Positions 1-53,683 of a stretch of DNA of 64,000 nucleotides are shown in pieces. Position 1 is the first letter of the stretch, and every line of letters begins with the position of its first letter. The notes under the pieces are model-generated. The model saw nothing but the letters and a program-made list of their open reading frames with translations. It made no database searches and was not told the origin of the DNA. Source of the DNA: Squalus acanthias (lineage: Eukaryota). The stretch covers positions 79,610,001 to 79,674,000 of the forward strand of contig CM059432.1 of NCBI GenBank assembly GCA_030390025.1. The letters run 5' to 3'. The position numbers were made by a program, and so were the translations under genes.

Positions 1-666
1 AAGCAAGATCGACCCTCCCCCTTAAGAACTGGCCAGCGCCAGTGTGTCTGTGTTCCATCGCTAACTGACATCACCTGCGCCCACGCTCTGAGTTAACGCC
101 TCGCTCCTCGGCCTTTGCACCTTAAGACAGGTGTGCAGCGCCTGATTTAGTGCTCCAATCACCTCCAGGGGCGATAGAAGCCAAGTTTGCAGTTGGAGGC
201 GATAATTACCGCCAGGTGCTAAACATTGCACCCGGCCGATAATTGGGCCCCAAATGGGGCGATACCGAATTTCTCCCCCATGGAATTTTGAAATGTTATT
301 CTGAGGGAACAACACTCCACACTTGTAACATTAGTTTTTCAGGGCCAGAGAGGATGTTCCGCAGTAATTATGACTTAGTATGCCATTAAAAACTCAGTTA
401 CACCTCATTCAACAAGACTCAACTTTTTCAATGTTTTTTACAGCGAGAATAGTGCGTAGAAAGTTGAAGTTCACGTCAAATCACTGGTTCTGTGTTGATT
501 GCATCTGTGGAGACAGCAACAGCTGTGGAGGAGCAGGGTATCACTGACGGCAACTTCTGGATATACGTGTTTAACTGTGCAAGTGTGGACACCAGAAGTT
601 GCTGTCAATTTTACACAGTAACAACGCTAACAGTTTCGCCGTCATTACAATCGCAAAATCCAGGCC
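1..666. mobile_element. Right ends of two adjacent or nested MITE-like elements (1-278 and 280-666)
   Basis: Termini AATTTCTCCCCC and AAAATCCAGGCC; 280-666 matches 38900-39256. Confidence 0.55.
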
Positions 667-904
667 ATAATTTTGTCTCTGGAATCCATTTATACTTTCC
701 AACTCAATGGCCTTCTCGATCATTAGTTCCAGAAGTTTATAGCTCTTTCGATGAAAATGTATTGCCTGACTTCCTTTCTTAATTCCAAATAGTAATCATT
801 CTAACAAATAATAGATTTATTTCAGTATATGGAGGAATCTATTTATCTAAAAGTTTTGAGGGACTGTCACACGCTAGGGGAACAATTTTCATGTGGCTCC
901 ACTT

Positions 905-2260
905 CAACAACAACAACAACTTGCATTTATACAGCGCCTTTAATGTGGTAAAACGCCCAAAGACCCTTCACAGGAGCGTTATCAAACAAAATTTGCCACC
1001 GAGCCACATAAGGAGATATTAAGGCAGATGGCTTGGTCAAAGAGGTTGGTTTTAAGGAGCATCTTAAAGGAGAAGTGAGAGGTAGAGAGGTGGAGAAGCT
1101 TAGGGAGGGAATTCCAGAGCTTAGGACCTAGGCAGCTGAAAGCACGGCCGGCAATAGTGGAGTGAATACAATCGGGGTGCACAAGAGGCCAGAACTGGAG
1201 GAGCACAGAGATCTCGGAAGGTTGTAGGGCTGGAAGAGGTTGCAGAGATAGGGAGAGGCAAGGCCATGGAGGGATTTGAAATCAAGGATGAGAATTTTTA
1301 AATCGAGGCGTTGAAGGTCCGGGAGCCAATGTAGGTCAGCGAGCACAGGGGTGATGAGTGAACAGGACTTGGTACAAGTCACGAGACAGGCAGCAGAGAT
1401 TTGGATAAGCTCAAGTTTATAGAGGGTGGAAGATGGGAGGCCGGACAGGAGAGCATTGGAATAGTCGAGTCTAGAGGTTACAAAGGCTTGAATGAGGGTT
1501 TCAGCAGCAGATGAGCTGAGGCAGGGTGGAGACGGGCGATGTTACAGAGGTGAAAGTAGGCTGTCTTGGTGATGGAGCAGATATGTGGTCAGAAGCTCAT
1601 CTCAGGGTCAAATACATCACCATCAAATTATTTCATGGTTTCCAATTTAGCTTGTTATTTTATTGTTTGGTTCAGCCTTGAACAGTTGCCAGGGAATGGG
1701 ATGGAGTTGGTGGTGGGGACCGAAGAGAATGGCTTTGGTCTTCCCAACATTAGTTGGATGAAATTTTTGTTCATCCAGTATTGGATGTCAGACAAGCAGT
1801 CTGACAAATCAGAGACAGTAGAGGGGTCAAGAGAGGTGGTGGTGAGCTAGAGCTGGGTGTCATCAGCGAACATGGTTGTGTTTTTGGATGATGTTGCCGT
1901 GTAGATGAGAAATAGGTGGGGGTCAAGGATAGATCATTGAGGTTTCCAGAGGTAACATTGTGGGAGTGGGAAGAGAAGCCATTGCAGGTGATACCCTGGC
2001 TACGACTGGATAGATAAGAATGGAACCAGGCTAGGGCAGTCCCACCCAGCTGGACAGCGGAGGAGAAGCGTTGGAGAATGATGGTGTGGTCAACCGTGTC
2101 AAAGGCTGCAGACAGGTCGAGAAAGATGAGGAGGGATAGTTTACCATGGTCACAGTCACATAGGATGTCATTTGTGACGTTCATAAGGACCAATTCAGTA
2201 CTATGGCAGGAGCGGAAACCTGATTGGAGGGATTCAAACATGGAGTTGCGGGAAATTGAT
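905..2260 (-). mobile_element. L2 LINE 3' fragment
   Basis: QSGFRSCHSTE, LDLSAAFDTVDH, ITPVLADLHWLP; tail TATAAATGCAAG(TTG)n. Confidence 0.85.
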
Positions 2261-4796
2261 TGGGTGGACCGGTGGCGGAGTGAGCCCACCACCTGATAAA
2301 GCTGCGGAGGTTTGAACCATTTTCGTGGTTGGGCCATGAATAGAATCAGCGAACCATCTGCACTAAACGAGGTAGCTCACCAATCGGGGATGGCATGGGA
2401 CATCCAGTGGCCCATCCATGGAGCCAATCCATCAGTTCACCCTTAAAAGGGAGGGCCAGGATAATCAGTAGAGGCCAATAGAAGGTCAGGCAAAGGCTGG
2501 TAGGACTTTTGTGCAGCTGCAGAAAGAGCATTCCCAAAATGCCCCCCAAAAGCTCACCACAAACCTGATTTTGTCTGAGTGGCTTCTAGCGATCACTTTA
2601 AGGGATGCTGGTTCAGCAGTGTTCCATTCAGTAGGAGTTGGTGGAGCAGGTGCAGCACGGGCACTGTACGTTTGGACATCAAAATTACATCAGGGTCCTA
2701 TGCATGTCATAGGATTCCAATTTAAGTATATTAATAAGGTTCCCACTTGTTTTCGACGGGAGTCCTGGCAGTCTATTTCAAGGCCGTCTGCAAAATTGCA
2801 GTAGATGCAAGGCTGGCAGGAAGTCTTTTAATGAATTTCGTCTCTCTGCCACCCTGTTCCCACTGAAAAACGGGGCAGTAGCAAGATGAAAATCGGCCCC
2901 TAGATATCATGCTCCAAATATTACAATTTATATAAAACACCAACAAATCACAGCTGAACAATCTTTTAAAAATCTGACCTTCAGATGGGTTGGAGATGTT
3001 ACTGAGAAAACAAGAAGGAACCAATTAGCTGCTAATCTAGAAAAACGCCTACCAACAAAAATTAAACTCTAATTGACCTCAGTACCTATTTAGATCACTT
3101 CGCAACAGTGAGTAGCTAAGCAATGGCCTTAAAGGAACAAGCCAGGTTAGCAGCTGAAGGTTACAAGTATGCTCTAGACAACAACAACTTGCATTTATAT
3201 AGCACTTTTAATGTAATAAAACATCCTAAGGCGCTTCAGAGGTGTGTTAGCAAACAAAATTTGACCCCGAGCCACATAAGGAGATATTAGGACAGGTGAC
3301 CAAAAGCTTGGTCAAAGAGGTAGGTTTTAAGAAGCGCCTTGAAGGAGGACAGAGGTAGAGAGGAGGAAAGGTTTAGGGAGAGAATTCCAGCACTCAGAGC
3401 CGAGACAGCTGGAGGCATGGCCGGCAATAGAGGGGCGAAGAAAATTGGGGATGTACTATCAGCCAGATTGGAGGAATACAGAGTTCTCGGAGGGTTGTAG
3501 GGTCTTAAATCTGTGAGCTCTGGTTACTGACTCTTCTGCCATTGGAAACAGTTTCTCTTTATTTACTCTATCAAAACCCTTCAAGATTTTGAACACCTCG
3601 GTCAAATCTCCCTTTAACCATCTCTGCTCTAAGGAGAACGACCCCACTTTATCTAGTTTCTCCACGTAACCGAAGTCTTTCATACCTGGTACCATTCTAG
3701 TAAATCTTCTCTGCACCCTCTCTAAGGCCTTGACATCCTTCCTAAAGTGTTGTGCCCAGAACTGGCCACAATACTCCAGCTGGGACCTTACCAGTATTTT
3801 ATAATGGTTTAGCATAACTTCCTTGCTTTTGTACTCTATACCTCTATTTATAAAGCCAAGGATTCCGTATACCTTTTTAACAGCCTTCTCTACTTGTCCT
3901 GCCACCTTTAAAGACTTGTGTACGTACACCCGTTCTCTGTTCCTGCACCCCCTTTAAAATTATACCATTTAGTTTATATTATATCTCCTCATTCTTCCTA
4001 CTAAAATGAATCGCTTCACACTTCTCTGTGTTAAATTTCATCTGGTACGTGTCTGCCCATTTCCCCAGTCTATGTCCTCCTGAAGTCTATTACTATCCTC
4101 CTCACTGTTTACTACATTTCTGATTTTTGTATCATCTGAAAACTTTGAAATTATGCCCTGTATACTCAAGTCCAGGTCATTAATCAAAAAGAACAGTGGT
4201 CCCAACACTGACCCCTGGGGGACACCACTGTATACTTCCTGCCAGTCTGTGAAACCGTTCACTACTCTCTGCTTTCTGTCCCTTAGCCAATTTCATATCC
4301 ACGCAGCCACTGCTCATTTAATCCCACAGGCATCAATTTTGCTAACAAGTCTATTATGAATTACTTTGTCAAATGCCTTTTGAAAGTCCATATACACATC
4401 AACCGCACTACCCTCATCAACCCTCTCAGTTACTTCATCAAAAAACCCAATCAAGTTGTCAAACAAGATGTGCCTTTAACAAATCCGTGCTGGCTTTCAT
4501 TTATAAACCCATATTTTTCCAAGTGCCAATTAATTCTGTCCCAGATTAATGTCTCTAAAAGTTCCCCCACCACTGACGTTGGGCTGATTGGCCTGTAATT
4601 GACAGGTTTATCCCACTCTCCTTTTTTGAACAGGGTTGTAACATTTGCAGTCCTGCAGTCCTCTGCACCACTCCCATATCGAAGGAGGATTGGAAGATTG
4701 TGGCCAGAGCCTCCGTATTTTCCAACCTAGGCTGTATCCCATCTAAAGTGAGAAGTCGCACAACACCAGGTTATAGTCCAACAGCTTTATTTGAAA

Positions 4797-4833
4797 TCAC
4801 AAGCTTTCGGAGCGCTGCTCCTTCGTCAGGTGA
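4797..4833 (-). ncRNA. Minimal type I hammerhead ribozyme motif in a Penelope pLTR
   Basis: UCAC-CUGACGA-A-GGAGC-AGC-GCUCC-GAAA-GC-UU-GUGA: conserved core, stem I UCAC/GUGA, 5-bp stem II, palindromic AAGCUU in place of stem III. Confidence 0.72.
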
Positions 4834-5846
4834 AGTGAAGAAATACAAATGGGCACAGCATATATTAGACAGAGAACAATGCCTGTGCAGAGAACAATGC
4901 CAGACGACTACAGTTAATCTTTCTAACTGCCCTTTATCACACCTCGGCAGAGAGACAATCACGGCAACCAGGTCAGTCAGGAAGACATTATATCAAAGAC
5001 GATAGCAAAATACAACAAAGACAATGAGGTGGGGTCACAAGGGGTCTAATGTGGCAGATGCTGCAGTCTGTATGGAAAACCAAAAACTTTAAACTTTTTA
5101 CTTTTTTTGCTGGAAATCACAGCAGGTCCGGCCGCATCTGTGAACAAGCCAACGACGACTCGAGTCTGGATGACTCTACGTCAGGTGGGGTTACATGTAG
5201 CGTTACATGAACCCAAGATCCCGGTTGAGGCCGTCCTCATGGGTGCGGAACTTGGCTATCAGTTTCTGCCCGATGATTTTGCGTTGTCGTGTGTCTCGAA
5301 GGCCGCCTTGGAGAACGCTTACCCGAAGATCGGAGGCTGAATGTCCTTGACTGCTGAAGTGTTCCCCGACTGGGAGGTAACACTCCTGCCTGGCGATTGT
5401 TGCGCGGTGTCCGTTCATACGTTGTCGCAGTGTCTGCATGGTCTCGCCGATGTACCATGCTCCGGGGCATCCTTTCCTGCAACGTATGAGGTAGACAACG
5501 TTGGCCGAGTCACATGAGTATGTACCATGTACCTGGTGGGTCGTCGTTGGCTTGTTCACAGATGCGGCCGGACCTGCTGTGATTTCCAGCAAAAAAAGTA
5601 AAAAGTTTAAAGTTTTTGGTTTTCCATACAGACTGCAGCATCTGCCACATTAGACCCCTTGTGACCCCACCTCATTGTCTTTGTTGTATTTTGCTATCGT
5701 CTTTGATGTCATGTCTTCCTGACTGACCTGGTTGCCGTGATTGTCTCTCTGCCGAGGTGTGATAAAGGGCAGTTAGAAAGATTAACTGTAGTCGTCTGGC
5801 ATTGTTCTCAGTGTCTATATGCTGTGCCCATTTGTATTTCTTCACT

Positions 5847-5883
5847 TCACCTGACGAAGGAGCAGCGCTCCAAAAGCTTGTGA
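5847..5883 (+). ncRNA. Hammerhead motif copy with a core mutation (GAAA>AAAA)
   Basis: Same motif as 4797-4833, but position 5872 is A instead of G. Confidence 0.6.
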
Positions 5884-6479
5884 TTTCAAATAAAGCTGTT
5901 GGACTATAACCTGGTGTTGTGCGACTTCTCACTTTTGTCCACCCCAGTCCAACACCGGCATCTCCGCATCGTATCCCATCTAGACTGGGTGACTTTTCTA
6001 CTTTGAGCGCTGCCAACCTTTTAAGTACCTCCTCTTTATATTTATCCTATCCTATTACCTCCTCCTTTATTGTGACAAATTAATTGAACCTATTTCCCAT
6101 TGCCTAATTTTAGCGATACTTAACATATTCCCTAAAATGACCTGTCTGATCTTTAACACTTCACTGACTCCATGTACCGTTAAAAGAAATTTGTATAATC
6201 CGTCGCTGCTGTTGACAATTTAGTTATTTTCTTCTTTTCATTCACACTCAGTTCAAATTATTCTCAATATTTGTGTAAATCTTGGTCCTGCTACATTTGA
6301 AAACAAAAGAAAACTACTATAATCACATTGTTTCTTCAAATTAAAAAAAAATCCAGTTCTTTTTAATACATTTTCATTGGACTAATATAAAATAAATCCT
6401 TGGGCATAGTAAAAGCTGTATTTGTCATAGTTCTATGTTAGATAAATTGATATCTCAGAGTATATTACAAGCAAGTCAG

Positions 6480-8802
6480 CAAGCACAGAGGTGATGTGTG
6501 AGTGGGGCTTGGTGTGGGTTAGGATACAGGCAGCAGAGTTTTGGATGAACTGAAGTTTATGGAGGATGGAAGATAGGAAGCTGGCCAGGAGAGCATTGGA
6601 ATAGTTGAGCCTGAAGATAACAAACCACAGATGGGGGTTTCAGCTACAGATAAGCTGAGGCAGGGACGGAGCGCCTTGGGGCGTTTTACTACAGCGCCAC
6701 ATAAATACAAGTTATTGTTGAGACGGGTGATATTACGGAATTGGAAGCCTTTGTGATGGAGAGGATATGGGGTCAGAAGCTCAGTTCAGGGTCAAATAAA
6801 CTGAGGTTACAAAGAGTTTGGTTCAGCTTGAGACAGTAGCCAGGAGAGGGGATGGAATCAGTTACTAGGGAATGGAGTTTGTGCTGGAGGCTGAAGACAA
6901 TAGCTTCAGACTTCCCAATGTTTAATTGGACGAATATGCAGCTGATGCAACACTGGATGTCAGACAAACAGTCTAAAAACAGAGGCACTGGAGGGGTTAA
7001 GAAAGGTGATGGCGAGGTAAGTTGGCTGTCGTCATCGTACATGTGGAACCTGACTTCACGTCTTTGGATGATATAAACGAGGGGCACCATATAGATGAGG
7101 AATAAGAGGGGGCATAGGAGAGATTTTTGGGTGACTCCACAGGCAACGGTGTGGGACAGGAAGAGAAGCCATTTCATGAAATCCTCTGACTACAACTGGA
7201 TAGATATGAATGGAACCAGACAAGGGCAGTTTATCTCACCTGCACAACAAAGGCGAGGCATTGTAGGAGGATGTTGTGCTCCATTGTGTCAAAGGCTGCA
7301 GAGAGGTCAAGAAGGATGAGGGCACAGATTTTGGAGGCAACACCACATTCAAGGCCTTTGAAGAGGAAGGGGAAGTTGGAGATGGGGCTGTAGTTAGCAA
7401 GGATGGATGGGTCAAAGGTGAGTTTTTTGAGGATGATGTCAGCAGATTTGAAATAGGAGGGGACAGTACCAGAGGAGAGGAAACCGTTAACAACATTGGC
7501 TAGCATGGGGGCCAGGTAGGGAAGTTTGATGATCAGCAATTAGTGGGAATAGAGTCGAGAGAGCAGGAGGTGGGTCTTATGGACAAGATGAGCTTAGAGA
7601 GGACACGAGGTGAGACATCGCATTTGACCGAGCTGAGCTTCCGACCCCATATCCTCTCCATCACAAGGACCGCCTACTTCCACCTCCGTAATAGGAGAGA
7701 AACACACCGCCACTAGAGAAGTTTAGGCGGTGCAGGTAGTAGAAGGTATAGCCAGGCAGAGAGGCTACAGTAAGGGGCAAGGTATTATCATCTGTGAGCC
7801 AAGTTTCCGTGAAGGCCATGATGTCAATGCAATCATCCACGACAACGCCTTGTTCAGAAGTGAACTGACATTCAGGATTGTTGAGTCACTGGCAGAGTCC
7901 ATGGGGTCAGCAGTGGGAGGGGTGAGTGGGATGGGTATGAGGTTGACAAGATTAGCTCCACTGCCTCTGATTTGTCACGCTGCTTGTCCGACATGAGCAG
8001 AAATTTCCTCCAACTAAATATTGGGAAGGCTGAAGCCATTGTCTTCTTTCTCCACCACAAATTCCGTTCCCTAGCCACCGACTCCATCCCTCTCCCTGGC
8101 AACTGTCTGAGACTTAACCAGACCGTTTGCAACCTTGGTGTCATATTTCACCCCGAGATGAGCTTCCAATCACATATCCACACCATCTAACATCGTGTGA
8201 CTCCACCCTGACTCAGCTCAACTTCTGCTGAAACCCTCATCTATGCCTTTGTTACCTCTAGACTATTGCAACACTCTCCTGGCCGGCCTCCCATCTTCCA
8301 CCCCCCATAAACTTGAGCTCATTAAATACTCTGCTTTCGGACCAAGTCCCGTTCACCCATCACCCCTGAGCTCACTAACCTCGATTGGCTCCCGGTCTGG
8401 CAACGCATCAATTAAAAAATTTTCATCCTTGTTTTCAAATCCCTTCATGGCCTTGCCCCTCCCCATCTCTAACCTCCTGCAGCCCTATAACCCTCAGAAA
8501 TCTCTACGCTCCTCCAATTTTGGCCTCTTGCGCATCCCCTATTTTAATGGATCTACCATTGCTGCCTAGGGCCTAAGCTCTGAAATTCCCTCCCTAAACC
8601 TCTCTAACTCTCTCTCCTCCTCTAAGACACTCCTTGAAACCTATCTCTTTAAGCAAATGTCCTAATATCTCCTTAAGCAAATGTCCTAATATCTCCTTAT
8701 GTGGCTCGGTGTCAAATCTTATTTGATAAAGCTCCTGTGAAGCGCCTTGGGATGTTTTACTACGTTAAAAGGTGCTATATAAATGCAAGTTGTTGTTGTT
8801 GT
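6480..8802. mobile_element. L2 fragments in opposite orientations (6480-7610 minus, about 7950-8802 plus)
   Basis: LDLSAAFDT, HMYDDD, LQLNIGKAEAI; (TTG)n tail ending at 8802. Confidence 0.8.
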
Positions 8803-9383
8803 TGGTCAGCAAGAGAGGAAGATAGGGTTATTGAGGTTACTTCGCATGAGGAGGCAGCAACAAGTGCCTCAATGGGCCGGTCATGTGGAGGTCGAGTGAA
8901 CCAGGAGCTGTGAGGCACAGAATATCAGCTGTATTCCAGTGGAAAATGGAGAGCCGAGGAGGGGTGGAGAATTGACATGCGGAGGGGTGTAGTGGCCTTG
9001 GTGATTAGTAGTGCACACCAATGTTTCCAGCATAGCAGCAGAGGGGCGAATGAAGTCAGTGATGATGGGAAGCAGGTGGAAAGCGGCCGAGTGAAGGCAG
9101 CAGTGGAGCAGAATACAGAACAGGATGTGAACCAGCAGCAAGCTCAGCGTAGTGAAAAATTCCCAGCAGAGCAGAAAACTAAGGATATAGCAGCAGGCTC
9201 CCACCAGAATTGAGACAACCCAACAGAGAATAGTCTCCGTAACAACGGCGGTGATGTTGGAGGCCACAAAGTCCGAAAAAATGGGCATCGCCCCCAGGAG
9301 AAAAAGTGAATTTCTGTGCAGGTTGTAGGCTAGAAAAAGTTACCTTAAGTCTTAAAGCTACCGAGAAACAGAGCAGAGTCATA

Positions 9384-11084
9384 GGCCGAGATTTTACTTA
9401 CCTCGGCTGTTGGCGTGAGTGGCGGGTCCTGTCGAAGTTTCGACTTCCGAGTAAGACTCTTGAAACATAAAGTATCGTCAAAGACAGGCTTTATTATTTA
9501 CTTGCTCGCAAGGAGAATGCATGTAGTCAACGGCTACTTGACACTCTGAAGAATTACAGAAAAATGCAACATCTTTATACACTGAAAATACAAGCTTTCT
9601 CTATCACATGACATGGTATTAAATCACAGTTGATTAAAAGCATAGCGCCTACAAAAACAAGTTAAAAAGGAGTAGGTGTATGTTTAAGGAGGACTTTCTA
9701 AAAGGTCAAAGGAGCAGGAATACCTTGAGATAAGGCTAGCTAATCTCTTCTCACGGAGGAAGCTTGTTCTCCTCCCACCATGCCATCTGGAATCAAAGGC
9801 TAAATGTTTACTTCACTAGTCCTTGGTTATCTCAAGTTGATTAGAAGATGACTCTTTGTTCTGTACCAGTTGCTGCGAAAACAGCATAGTCTGCAAAGTT
9901 TAAAATCTTTTCCCAGGCAAGTCAGAGTCGGCCATTTTGTATCTCTTATTCTGTGTCTAGGAAGCCATTTTAAATTCAAGTAAGAAAATACACTTCCACA
10001 GTCCCGACCCCGCTACTGGTTCCATCCCGCTCTGGAAAATGATTTTCCTTTGATAGGGCTTGTTAAGCTCGCCCAGCGCGTTTCCCAGTCCAATTAGAGA
10101 AAGAGGGTCTGGTGACGTCATTCATGATGTGTCATCAGCCGGTTTCCTTAAAAGGGACCATGGCCAACTTTCTTTTAACATTTGTGCTGTCAGTGTTCTA
10201 CAGCATTGAGGTGCTGCAAACACTGCAGAGGTGCCGGGCTGCACCCAGGTTCTCCCATGACTCCCTCCATATGCTTATGGAGCGAGTCAGAGCACGCAGA
10301 GAGGTCCTCTTCCCTTCTGATGAGCAGAAGAGACCTCCACAGGAGACCAACACAGCCTGGTTGCACACTGAAGAGGAGGTCACAAGCAGGGATGTCGTCA
10401 GGAGGACCTGGGTGCAGTGGCACAAACTTTTCAGTGATCTCAGTAGATCACGAAACGTTAGTACTTAGCCACACTCACTTTCATCCTGCTGTGCCTCTCA
10501 TCACAGCCCCATTATTCTGCCATCCCTACCCTACTCCTGCACATCCTTACACCAACTTACCTTGCACGTCCACCCATCCCTCTCTCTCCATCTACATTAT
10601 CACATCCCCATCTCACTAGCTACCCCTCACCCTCGTGCCATCATACCAACTAACACACAAGGGTAGCTACTTGGGTCTTTTATCCAACGTTCATGTAAAG
10701 TTTCTGTTAATGTGCTGTAAAATATTGAAACCTTTATTTTCAACACTTTGCGTTCTTGGACAGATTTGTGTGCACCTTTGGAAGTGGTTTAGTGAGTTGC
10801 AGTGAATGGGGAGACATAACGGTACCCCCGCAATGGTGGTGAGTGCGAAAGAAATGGCTTGGACATTGTAGGGATGCTTTAATGATGTCAACCAGATGCT
10901 AATGAGTTTAATTGGGTCACCCGCCGCTGCCTGTCGGGTCTGCTCAGCGCTGATAGACCAGACATTGCGAAAGGTGCATTGTGGTGGGTTGACAGCGGGG
11001 TCATGGCCCGCTGTCAAAAAAAATCAAATTTCCCACCCAACCCGCCACCGATCCCGTCCGCTGACCCCCTGGAAAATTCCGGCC
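9384..11084 (+). mobile_element. Second Harbinger family, non-autonomous, with Myb-like remnant (about 10230-10455) and a nested solo LTR
   Basis: TIR-like ends GGCCGAGATTTT/AAAATTCCGGCC; RAAPRFSHDSLHMLMERVRARREVLF...AW...RTWVQWHKLFSDL is a decayed Myb/SANT domain. Confidence 0.75.
9430..10000 (-). mobile_element. Solo LTR (571 bp)
   Basis: TG...CA ends; terminal inverted repeat TGTCGAAGT/ACTTCCACA; 4-bp TSD GTCC; minus-strand TATAAA (9574-9579) followed by AATAAA (9490-9495). Confidence 0.88.
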
Positions 11085-11594
11085 AGAGAAGCTGATTCTT
11101 AGTGTAGTCCAGTACAGCAGCGTAGTCCTGATGGGAGAGGAATCCAGGCGTTGAGAAGTCAAATTTGAGCAGAGTTTCAGCAGTTAAAAAGAGCACAGTG
11201 AAGCACAAGCAGGATCAGAGATGGGCAAAGAGCTCTGCACATGTAGCTTTAATCTTGTAGCTTGAACTAAAATGCACTAGCTATTAGAGCCAGGGGATCT
11301 TAAGCAATGGAAGAGAGGAGATTGTGGGAAAAGGCAGCAACAGATGACCAAGGTTAAAGTTGCAAAGAGGAGCCCAGTAAGAAGCTGCCAGCCCAGGAGC
11401 CATCTTAGATGATCAACCTCAGCTGTATCTACATTGTCGAGCATTTCTAAAATGACTGCCCAAAATTAAAACTACCATTTAATTTTGAAGAAATTGCATG
11501 CATTGTATTCTGTGTATAAGGGAGCCGAATACGATGTGGCTGGGTTACTGCTTTTATAACAGAACACAGAAGCAGTAAAAAGTAAAAATCATCA

Positions 11595-11600
11595 TTTATT
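11595..11600 (-). terminator. Candidate COPS5 polyadenylation signal
   Basis: AATAAA on the minus strand about 520 nt after the stop codon, followed by a U/GU-rich tract. Confidence 0.55.
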
Positions 11601-12122
11601 GCTGATATACCTCTTGGTTTAGAATCAATGTGAATGTCTCAGTGGGTTAATTGCAAAACAGTGCATTTTTTTATATATATAAAAAAAAACTATATTTGGA
11701 AGATGTCATCACTGTGTGTCTTTGGTGCAAAGAAGTAATGAAGTACAACTTCTGGTATATTAACTTGTTTTAATAACACACTGAAGCACACACTGTTCAC
11801 ACTTGTCTATTTTTAGAAGCTCCATAGTGGAATTTGTGTTATTCTGGACTCCTGATGCCCCAATAAAGGAATGGGTTTACCCATAATAAAGTCCGACAAC
11901 TGCCATTTTATAAATGTTTGGCAATATTGTCTAAAATTAACAGTCAAGATAATGAAAACTAAGAAAAACAGCCAATAGTTCTCGTAATAATAGATGGATC
12001 ACCAGCATCCTGGAGAAATAACTACAAATGCTGTCTGTTTAAAGAAGTTGAAATTGTAAGGAGTCTCTTCATGCATCACAAGCACATTCTACAAGGAGTT
12101 TCCTTTGCTGAGACTCTGTACA

Positions 12123-53683
<41,561 letters not shown>

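Larger units (their letters stand above)
4746..5970 (-). mobile_element. 5'-truncated Penelope-like element: GIY-YIG endonuclease segment between inverted pseudo-LTRs
   Basis: ORF segment YSCDSANVVYLIRCRKGCPGAWYIGETMQTLRQRMNGHR...PVGEHF...GLNRDLG; inverted arms 4745-5159 and 5540-5935; TSD GTATCCCATCTA at 4734-4745 and 5971-5982. Confidence 0.93.
3500..6080 (-). mobile_element. CR1 LINE RT fragment (host of the Penelope insertion)
   Basis: GVPQGSVLGP, FSDD, LEYCGQFW, LERVQRRFTRM. Confidence 0.85.

Noticed and set aside
1..11500. Exons of neighbouring genes expected from mammalian synteny (PPP1R42 here, CSPP1 upstream of COPS5)
   Set aside because: No recognisable coding exon found; the region is almost entirely repeat-derived.
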